Below are positions 47,855 through 56,500 of a DNA stretch of 64,000 bases, in pieces. The stretch is taken from positions 1,064,501-1,128,500 of the forward strand of contig CAVQMW010000005.1 of NCBI GenBank assembly GCA_963713755.1. The letters run 5' to 3'. Position numbers and translations under genes: made by a program. The notes under the pieces were generated by a model that was given only the letters and a program-made list of their open reading frames with translations, was not told the origin of the DNA and searched no databases. Origin of the DNA: an uncultured delta proteobacterium. Lineage in GTDB: Bacteria; Desulfobacterota; Desulfobacteria; Desulfobacterales; CAVQMW01. Position 1 is the first letter of the stretch. Every line of letters starts with the position of its first letter.

Positions 47855-48586
47855 ATGACCGAAAGCGCCAGAAACATCGTCCGGGTCTCCGGCGTCAAAA
47901 AAACCTTTAAGATGGGCAAGATGACGGTTGAGGCCCTGAAAGGGGTGGATCTGGCCATTGCCGAGGGCAATTACATCTCCATCATGGGGCCCTCGGGATC
48001 GGGCAAGAGCACTCTGTTCAACATGATCGGCGGCCTGGACAAGCCCTCCAGCGGCAAGGTTTTCATTGATGATGTGGACATATCCCAGCTCGACGCCTAC
48101 GAGCTGGCCTGGCTGCGCTGCCGCAAAATCGGCTATATTTTTCAAACCTTCAACATCATCCAGGTGATGACAGCCTTGGAAAATGTTACCCTGCCCATGA
48201 TTTTCGGGGGTGTGGGCAGCGATGCGGCCACCGAAAAAGGCATGCATCTTTTGCAGCTGGTTGGGCTGGGGGACCGCTACAACCACAAACCCTTTGAGCT
48301 CTCCGGCGGGCAGCAGCAACGGGTGGCCGTGGCCCGCGCCCTGGCCAACGATCCGGCCATTATTCTGGCGGACGAGCCCACGGGAAATCTCGACCTGACC
48401 ACCGGTGAGGAGATCATCGCGTTGTTAAAACAGCTCAGCGCGGATCGCAACGTGACCATTATTTCCGCCACCCATGACATCAAAATGCTCAATGTTTCCG
48501 ACCAGGTGGTGTGGATTCGCGACGGGCGCGTGGAGAAGGTCGAGGACCGTAATGAATTGTCCATTTCCGTGGGGTCGGTGGGTTAG
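47855..48586 (+). CDS. ABC transporter ATP-binding protein (MacB/LolD-type)
   Basis: Has Walker A GPSGSGKST, the Q-loop, the signature LSGGQQQRVAVARAL, and Walker B ILADEPT. Confidence 0.92.
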   Translation: MTESARNIVRVSGVKKTFKMGKMTVEALKGVDLAIAEGNYISIMGPSGSGKSTLFNMIGGLDKPSSGKVFIDDVDISQLDAYELAWLRCRKIGYIFQTFNIIQVMTALENVTLPMIFGGVGSDAATEKGMHLLQLVGLGDRYNHKPFELSGGQQQRVAVARALANDPAIILADEPTGNLDLTTGEEIIALLKQLSADRNVTIISATHDIKMLNVSDQVVWIRDGRVEKVEDRNELSISVGSVG

Positions 48587-48618
48587 GCCGATTGGAAGGA
48601 TGGGTTTCAGTTTAGGAT

Positions 48619-48644
48619 GGATTCCCGCTTTCGCGGGGATGACG
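48619..48644 (+). repeat. second copy of the GGATTCCCGC-loop-GCGGGRATGACG hairpin element
   Basis: GGATTCCCGCTTTCGCGGGGATGACG compares closely with GGATTCCCGCCTGCGCGGGAATGACG at 37576-37601. Confidence 0.8.
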
Positions 48645-48747
48645 GGCGGTATTGATGGTGATGCGCTCCATCAAGCGCTTTCGGCAGATTAACCAAACGC
48701 CTGGGACCAATCTCCCAACCGTTAAAGGTAAAGGATGAAGCGGGGAC

Positions 48748-51700
48748 ATGGTGAACCTAACGCCGGGTTCAGGGATTATGAGAAAAGCAGCGGCCAAGCT
48801 GTGGCTGACGGGCCTGCTGCTGAATATCCTGGCGCTTCCTGGATTGCTTTGCGCCCAAACCAACCTTCCCCCGTCAGCGGATGACATGCTGGGCACGGCC
48901 CTGGCCGCCCTGACGGCGGTGGAGGATCGCCGCTGCGGCTCCCCGGGCGCTGAAAAGGCAGCGCAGTTTATCACCGCCACCTTTGAATCCCTGGGGCTTT
49001 CGGAGGTGGACCGCCAATCCTTCAGCCTGCCGGTGCGCCGCCATCAGGGCAGCACCCTGACCCTGCCCGGATCGGGGGCCAGCCTTGCCATCCAACCCTT
49101 TATGGGAAATATGATTTCCCCGGGCACCGTCCCCCCCTCGGGAGTGGCGGGCCCACTGATTTATGTGGGCGACGGCCAGCTGAACCGCTTCAACGGCCAG
49201 CCCATCGATGGCGCTATCATCCTGATGGAGATGGATTCAGGCAAAGCCTGGCAGTATGCGGCTTCCCTGGGGGCCAAGGCCCTGATCTATTTGGACCGGG
49301 GGCAAACCTCCCGGGCCCTGTTTGAAGAGAAGCTTGAGTTGACCCCCCTCGACTTTCCACGTTTCTGGATGCCCCTTGAAGAGGCCCGCAAGATGTGGGG
49401 CGACCTTGACAGCGCTTCGGCCAATCCCCTGTCGCCCCAGGGGGTCATAAGCTCCGCGATCCGCTGGGAACCGGCCCGGGTTCACAATGTTTATGGGCTG
49501 ATCCCCGGCCGGGACCCCAAGCTGGACGGAGAGGTGGTGATCGTGGAGGCCTTTTACGACGCCGCGGCCTATGTAGCCGGGCGCAATCCCGGAGCCGATC
49601 AGGCCCTGGGCGCGGCCACCCTCTTGATGCTGGCGGAACATCTCATGGCACACCCTCCGGCGCGGGCCGTGATCCTAGTGGCCACGGCCGGCCATGACCA
49701 GGCCCTGGCCGGCATGCGTGAGATGATGCACAGCATCCGTGCCCGCTCCCGGGATCTGCGCGACGACCGCAAAGCGTTGCGGCGGATCGTCCAGGAGGCC
49801 CGGGAAACCGACGCCTGGTTGGCGCGCTGGGATAATTCCGGCCAGGGCCTACCCGCCACGGATGATCCAGAGCTGGACCGGCGGGGCGTTGCGGCTCTCG
49901 CTGACCAGATCAAAACCCGGGTGGACCACATCGCCAGGGAGCTCATGCGCCTGCGGCTGGATCAAAAGGGTGACGAATACCAGGCCCGGATCAAAGCTTT
50001 GGCGGCCCAGCGGCTTGAACTGCGGCGGCTGGGCTGGCGCACCAACTTCAGCGACCCGACTCCCAGTGAAGGAGTCATTCTCGACGATCTGCTTCCCGCG
50101 GCCCGAGCCCAGCAGCAGGCCGTTGCGGGGGATGCTAAACTGCGCCTGGAATTTCTCGACAGCACCCGGGACTTTCGGGCTCTGGTCAAAGAGCGCGACC
50201 TGAGTGCCGTGATCTCCTTGCATCTCTCCAGCCACGGCAACGGGGTGGGGGCCTTTAACCGGGGCTGGCTGCATAACTTAAAAGATCAGATCGACCGGGT
50301 GGCGGCTTACACTCCCATAGACGGCGCCCTCAAACGCAGCGCCGTCCGGGTCTCCGATCAAATGGGCCTCGACGGTTTTTTCAAAGACTCCCTGCGGCCC
50401 AGCCGGCTGCGCGCCTGGGACACTTATTTTGTGGACCGCCCGGCCCTGGGGGGCGAAGTGAGCTCCCTGGCCGGCTACCTGGGGATCACCCTGGCCACGA
50501 CCCAGGATGCCCGCAATCACTGGGGCACCCCCGGGGATACCTTGGCCAACCTCAATCTCGATTACGCCCGGCGCCAGGGCCGCTTTGTCTGCCGGATGCT
50601 CCATGAATTGCTGGCCGCACCGACCCTGGTTAACGAAGAGAGCCCCCGGGACGGATTCGCCCAGATCAACGGGCGAGCCAATTTCCTGCGCCACGGCGAG
50701 CTGTTCGCCGATCAGCCGGCCCCGGGAGCCATGATTTTGGCCTTTCAGGGGCTGCGCCGCTACTACGCCATGGTGGATCACCTGGGGGAATTTCAATTCC
50801 ACGGGGTGGCGGACAAAAAACATGTCCTGGACAAGATGATCTTCGAGGGCTACCGATTCGACCCGGAGAACGGCCAGGTGCGCTGGGCCATTGACAAAAA
50901 ACAAACCGGCAAGGAAGCTTACCGGCTCAAAATGATCCGTAAAAATATGGAGACGGATCTGATCATGTTCGCCTGCCGGCAGACCACCCTCTTCAACCTG
51001 CTGGAACCCCGCAATTTCCGCTACTTAACCAAAATCCAGCTTCTGGACGGCCGCCGGGAAGCGCCGCCCCTGCGCTACTGGTGGAGCCGCATCGACACCC
51101 GCGCCTCAACCCTGGCCTCCATCTACCTCGATCCCGGGGCGCGGATGAAGCTGATTCTCTCGGACAGCGTGGTGCAGAAGAAGTTGATTCTCACCAACGG
51201 CACGACCCAAGATCCCCAGGGCAAGGGCTACCGGGTGGATGACTGGCCGCGGTTGGTGCGCACCGAATACCAGGTGGCCCGGGATATGTGGACCCTGCTC
51301 AGCCCCCGGGTGCAAAACCTGGAGGATCACGGGATTTTCAACGCCCGCATCCGTGCCTTGAAAGATGACGGCGAAGCGGCTCTGGCCGTGGCCGATCAAG
51401 CGTTGGCCGACCAGGCCTATGACCGCTTTTTTGAGTCCGCCTTGACTGCCTGGGCGCTGGCCGGCCGGGTCTATGACCACGTGGAGAAAACTCAGAAGGA
51501 TGTGCTCTTCGGGGTGCTCTTCTACATCGCGCTGTTCGTGCCCTTTGCCTTTTGCGCCGAACGGCTGCTCTTCGGATTCGCCGACATCTACAAGCGGCTG
51601 ATCGCCTTTATCGCTATCCTGCTGCTCCTGATTGTCGTGATCTACAGCGTGCACCCGGCCTTCAAGCTGGCCTACAGCCCCACGGTGGTGATTCTGGCCT

Positions 51701-53631
51701 TTTTCATCATCGGGCTTTCGGTGATGGTCAGCCTGATCATCTTCTTCCGTTTCGAGGACGAAATGATCCGCCTGCAGAGCCGGGCGCGGCCTCTTCTGGC
51801 CGGCGAGATCAGCCGTTTAAAGACCTTCAGCGCGGCCTTTTTCCTGGGGGTCAGCAACTTGCGGCGGCGGCGGCTGCGCACGGCCCTGACCTGCACCACC
51901 CTGGTGATTTTGACCTTCACCATCATGAGCTTTACCTCGGTGAAATCGACCCGTCTGCACACCCGGCTGCCCTTTCAGCCCGACCCGCCCTACAGCGGCT
52001 ATCTGCTGAACAAGTTCAACTGGATCGATCTGCCCCCCGAATCCCTGGCGGTTATGGCCAACGCCTTTCACGGCCGCGCCGTGGCCCTGCCCCGGGTCTG
52101 GCTGGAGGACCAGGACCGCACCCGGCCCTCCCGGGTGGTGGTCAGGGCCGGGGAGAGCGTGTACGAGGCCCAGGGCATGCTGGGCCTCTCCGCAGCCGAA
52201 GGGAGCGCCACGGGCCTGGACAAAATTTTGATCGGGGGCCAATGGTTCAGCCAGGATGAATCCCCGTCGGTGCTGCTGCCCCGAGCGCATGGCCCTCCAG
52301 CTGGGGATCGATCCTGAAAACCCGGCTGGCGCCCGGGTGACCATCTGGGGCATGCCCTTTACGGTGACGGGGGTGTTTTCCGGCCCGCGCCTGCAGCAAT
52401 TCCATCGATCTGGACGGCGAGCCCTTGACCCCGGTGACCTTTCCCCACGAAGTTTCCCTGGAGATGACCGAGGTGGAAGTGGAAGCCCTGGAATCGGGGG
52501 ATGATGTGCGGGTATTTCAGAGCCGCTACCAGCATCTCCCCGCCGAGCTGACTGTCATCATTCCCTACCGCACCCTCATGGCGGCCGGCGGGCGGCTCAA
52601 GGCCGTAGCCCTAAAGCCGCAAGAGGGCAGTGCCAATCAGGCCGAGGCCCAGCGTCTGGTGGACCGCTTCGGGCTGACCCTTTTCAGCCGGGGAGCCTGA
52701 AGGCACCTTTCTCTACACGGCCAGCGATGCCATCAAGTACAGCGGTATGCCCAACATCATCATCCCCCTGCTGATTTCCATTTTTATCGTCTTGAACACC
52801 ATGATCGGCAGCGTCTATGAGCGCAAACGGGAGATCGCCATCTACACCTCCGTGGGCCTGGCCCCCTCCCACGTCTCCTTTCTCTTTGTTGCCGAGGCCT
52901 TGGCCTTTGCGGTGCTGAGCGTGGTGCTGGGCTATCTTGCGGCCCAAATTGCCGCCGGAATCCTTGCCGGCACAGCCCTCTGGTCGGGGATCACCGTCAA
53001 CTACTCCTCTTTGGCCGGGGTGGCGGCCATGCTGCTGGTGATTCTGGTGGTACTGATCTCGGTGCTCTATCCCTCCCGGGTGGCGGCCAATATCGCCATT
53101 CCCGACGTGAATCGCTCTTGGAAGCTGCCCGAGGTGGTGGACAGCACGATGGCCCTGACCCTGCCTTTTCTCATGAAATACAGCGAGATCCAGAGTGTGG
53201 CTGGTTTTTTACTGGATTATCTCAAGGGCCACCAGGACATCACCCACGGCAAGTTTTCCGCCGGGCAGATCCGCATGCAGGGCGTCTGCGCCAGTGCGGG
53301 TTGCGGACCCGGCAATAGCGGGCAGGGCTGCCCGGATGGCTTGTGCACGCTGGAGGGATGCCTGCGCATCGATGCTAAAATCTGGCTGGCACCCTTTGAT
53401 TTCGGCATCATGCAGCACGCTACCCTGGAGTTTTGCCCGGCGGTCAAAGAGCCGGGATTCTTGGAGATCAAAATCATCCTGACCCGCGAGGCGGGTGAGG
53501 CCAACACCTGGCGCCGGGTGAACCGCACCTTCCTGCACGCCCTGCGCAAACAGCTCTTGATCTGGCGCTCTATGAATGCGGAAACACAGAACGGCTACGC
53601 GCTGCAGTTGGGCTTGGAGCAAACAACCTGA
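48748..53631 (+). pseudogene. giant fused protein (signal peptide, M28-like domain with substituted metal ligands, long linker, TM bundle, MacB-type periplasmic domain, FtsX domain, Cys-rich C-terminal domain), interrupted by three +1 frame changes
   Basis: The ORFs 48748-52317, 52256-52504, 52425-52700 and 52747-53631 are in frames 1, 2, 0 and 1. Continuity is restored by removing one nt at the CCCC run 52279-82, one near 52397-52402, and one near 52684-52694. The spliced reading gives ...SVLLPERMALQLGIDP...TVTGVF...IDLDGEPL...GEPEGTFLYTASDAIKYSGMPNIIIPLL...VYERKREIAIYTSVGL. Confidence 0.75.
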
Positions 53632-53660
53632 TTGATTTGCATTTGAATTTGCATTTGAAC

Positions 53661-53786
53661 ATGGTTGAAACGGAACTCAATCCTGGTAGCAAACCGTATG
53701 CTTGGCATTACGTTGTCGCCGGCTGGATTGGCATATGGTTGATATTCCTCATCGTCATGTTATTCTTGCTATATTATAAAAGTTAA
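53661..53786 (+). CDS. candidate 41-aa single-TM micro-protein
   Basis: MVETELNPGSKPYAWHYVVAGWIGIWLIFLIVMLFLLYYKS. It falls below the ORF-track length cutoff, has no clear SD, and is AT-rich. Confidence 0.25.
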   Translation: MVETELNPGSKPYAWHYVVAGWIGIWLIFLIVMLFLLYYKS

Positions 53787-53822
53787 ACGCCATAAGTAAA
53801 ACGCAATTGAGGCGGTATCTTC

Positions 53823-55838
53823 GTGCCCAGCGGATCTGAGAACACCCACACGCCATCTGATCGTACCGATATCGTCCGCCCCCGGGCGCTGCTGCTCGGG
53901 TTTCTCCTGGCCATGGCGATCTGCGCCCTGACGCCTTTTAACAACGCCTACCGGGCGGCGACCCCCTTGGGCGGGGGGCACTTTCCCCTGGCGCCTTTTT
54001 TCATCCTGGTCTGGCTGGCGGTACTGGCCGGGATTTCCGGGTGGCTTTTCAAGGGGCGGCCCCTGCTCAACGGTAGGGAATTGCTGGTGACCTGGATCAT
54101 GATGGTGCTGGTTTCGGGGATCGCCTACACCGGCCTGGTGCGGACCTTTTTCATCAACCTCAGCGCGCCTTTGCAATTCGCCTCGGTGGAGAACCGCTGG
54201 GAGGAGATTCTGCACCCCCTGCTGCCCCGCGCCTGGTATCCCACGGACCCCGAGGCGCTGAGCGGCCTTTATAATGGCCTGGTGGGGGGGCGGGCCATGG
54301 GCTGGAGTGAGATTCTGGGGCAGATTCCCTGGGGCGCCTGGTCCGGGGCCCTGGCGGCCTGGGGGCTCTTCATCCTGCTCTGTTACTGGGTCATGATCTG
54401 CACCATCGATTTGTTGGGGCGTCAGGCGCTCTACAACGAACGCATGAACTTTCCGCTGCTGCGGGTGCCGGAGCTGATGGCCGAAGCTCTGGACAGCCGG
54501 GCCCTGGGGCGTTTTTTCAGCGACCGCTATCTGCTGATGGGACTGAGCCTGCCCCTTTTTCTGCATCTGCTCAACGGCTTGAACTTTTACTTTCCCTCGG
54601 TGCCGGCCATTCCCACCCTGGTGCTGGCCGGTAAGTACTTCCAGAAGACCGGCCTGTTTGCCGGCTTCTACAAGCTTAAGATTTACATCTACCCCGCCTT
54701 CATCGGTTTTGCCTTTCTCACCTCCAAGCAGATCTCGCTCTCCTTTTGGCTGATCTACATTCTGGGCGCCCTGCTCTTTGGCGTGCTGAGCGTGCTGGGC
54801 TACAATATTCCCGTGGCCGCCCTGGGGGTCACCTTCGGGCCCACCCTCTCCCATCCCGAAGAGACCCAGATGATCGGGGCCTATATCGTCTTTTTCCTCT
54901 TTCTGCTCTGGCTGGCCCGCTACCATCTCTTCGATCTGATCAAACAGGGGCTGGGCCTGGCGCCGGAGGATGCCCAGGCCCAGGGCTGGCTGCCGACGCG
55001 GGTCGCCTTTTGGGGGGTGGTTCTGGGCGGACTGCTCCTGACCTTGTGGTTTCGCTGGTTCGGAATGCCCCTGGGGGTGGCCCTGGTGGTACTCTTCGCC
55101 TTTTTCATGGTGACCCTGGTGGCGGCCCGGGTGATCTGCCAGGGGGGCATTGCCTACTTTACCCTTACCGCGGCCCCCATGGACGGCATACTGACCTTTC
55201 TGGGGCCGGGCTTTTTCACCAAGGCCGGACTGCTCATGGCCGCGGTGACCCAGAAGGTGCTCTTTTTGGATCTGCGGGAATCGCTGATGCCTTCTATACT
55301 TCACGCCCGCAAGATCACCCACCGCAGCGTGGCTCGCAAGCTGATGCTGCCGGCCTTGGGGGCCACCCTGCTGGGGGCCGTGGCGGTTTCGTTTGTGGCC
55401 ATGCTGGTGCTTTGCTACAAGTACGGTGTGCGGGAGCTGGAGCTGGACTGGGCCACCCGCACCACCGTGGCGGTGTACGAAAACGTGAAAACCCTGGTGG
55501 AGGCACCGGTGCGGCCGGGACGCTGGGTCATGATCTTCACCACCGTGGGGGCCGTAGTGATGTTGGCCCTGGTGATTTGCTACCACCGCGTCTACTGGTG
55601 GCCCATTCACCCTATCGGTTACCTGACCGCCTACAGCTCGGCCATGCGCATATTGTGGTTCAGCTTCTTCATCGGCTGGCTCTGCAACACGCTCTGCCTG
55701 CGCTACGGCGGGGTGGTGCTCTTCAAGCGGATCCGCATGTTCTTCATCGGCCTGATCATCGGGGATTTTCTCATGGGCGGCGCCTGGGCTCTGGTGGGCT
55801 TGTTCAGCGATGCCAGTTATCAGGTATTGCCCAGTTAA
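53823..55838 (+). CDS. large polytopic membrane protein, uncharacterised family (about 14+ TM)
   Basis: 671-aa ORF with a GTG start and GAGG upstream. It is hydrophobic throughout. No known motif was recognised. Confidence 0.75.
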   Translation: MPSGSENTHTPSDRTDIVRPRALLLGFLLAMAICALTPFNNAYRAATPLGGGHFPLAPFFILVWLAVLAGISGWLFKGRPLLNGRELLVTWIMMVLVSGIAYTGLVRTFFINLSAPLQFASVENRWEEILHPLLPRAWYPTDPEALSGLYNGLVGGRAMGWSEILGQIPWGAWSGALAAWGLFILLCYWVMICTIDLLGRQALYNERMNFPLLRVPELMAEALDSRALGRFFSDRYLLMGLSLPLFLHLLNGLNFYFPSVPAIPTLVLAGKYFQKTGLFAGFYKLKIYIYPAFIGFAFLTSKQISLSFWLIYILGALLFGVLSVLGYNIPVAALGVTFGPTLSHPEETQMIGAYIVFFLFLLWLARYHLFDLIKQGLGLAPEDAQAQGWLPTRVAFWGVVLGGLLLTLWFRWFGMPLGVALVVLFAFFMVTLVAARVICQGGIAYFTLTAAPMDGILTFLGPGFFTKAGLLMAAVTQKVLFLDLRESLMPSILHARKITHRSVARKLMLPALGATLLGAVAVSFVAMLVLCYKYGVRELELDWATRTTVAVYENVKTLVEAPVRPGRWVMIFTTVGAVVMLALVICYHRVYWWPIHPIGYLTAYSSAMRILWFSFFIGWLCNTLCLRYGGVVLFKRIRMFFIGLIIGDFLMGGAWALVGLFSDASYQVLPS

Positions 55839-55887
55839 CAGATTTTGGTAAAAGCACCTATTAACCTGGAATTTGTTGGTGTGTAAA

Positions 55888-56439
55888 ATGGAATTTACTT
55901 TACATTACCGTGGAGAGTTAAAGTCAGCTAGTAGGAATAATGCACAACTTGAGAATAAACACAAGATCAGAGCACACTTTCATAAGCAACTTAACGAGTT
56001 GTGGAAATATCCTCCGCTGAAAGACCATGGGCATCTTTTATCGGGAGATGGCTCAATCATCAAAAAGGTTGGTAGTTTTAATTTTGCGCCACTTGTAAGC
56101 AAGAGTATCTATCTCTTAGCTGAGATGAATATTTTGATGTTAAGGCCATCGCGTAAAGGTAATATCATCTCTGCGGGAGGAGATATAGATAACAGATTAA
56201 AAACTCTCTTTGATGCACTCAGTATGCCTCCAGGGGATAATAATCTTCCCAAAGATAGCCAACCTGATAGGGGACAAGATCCTTTCTATTGTGTTGTAGA
56301 AGATGACGGTCTTATTTCACAGGTTACAGTAGATACTGATCGAATATTGGAACCTATTATAGATCCTCAAGAAGTAATTCTTTTAATCAAGGTGACAACA
56401 AGAAAAATCAGAGGTCTGATTGCTACTGGCGGTCTATAA
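55888..56439 (+). CDS. RusA-like (Holliday-junction-resolvase fold) protein in an AT-rich micro-insertion
   Basis: GGDIDNRLKTLFDAL followed by VVEDDGLISQVTV parallels E. coli RusA RRDLDNLQKAAFDAL...WLDDAQVVDYRV (the DxDNxxKxxFDAL...DD motif). Confidence 0.55.
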   Translation: MEFTLHYRGELKSASRNNAQLENKHKIRAHFHKQLNELWKYPPLKDHGHLLSGDGSIIKKVGSFNFAPLVSKSIYLLAEMNILMLRPSRKGNIISAGGDIDNRLKTLFDALSMPPGDNNLPKDSQPDRGQDPFYCVVEDDGLISQVTVDTDRILEPIIDPQEVILLIKVTTRKIRGLIATGGL

Positions 56440-56500
56440 TATCAGGTTGATGATCAGTTAAGCCAATAACAGTCAAAATAAAATTTACGAAGTAAATTTT

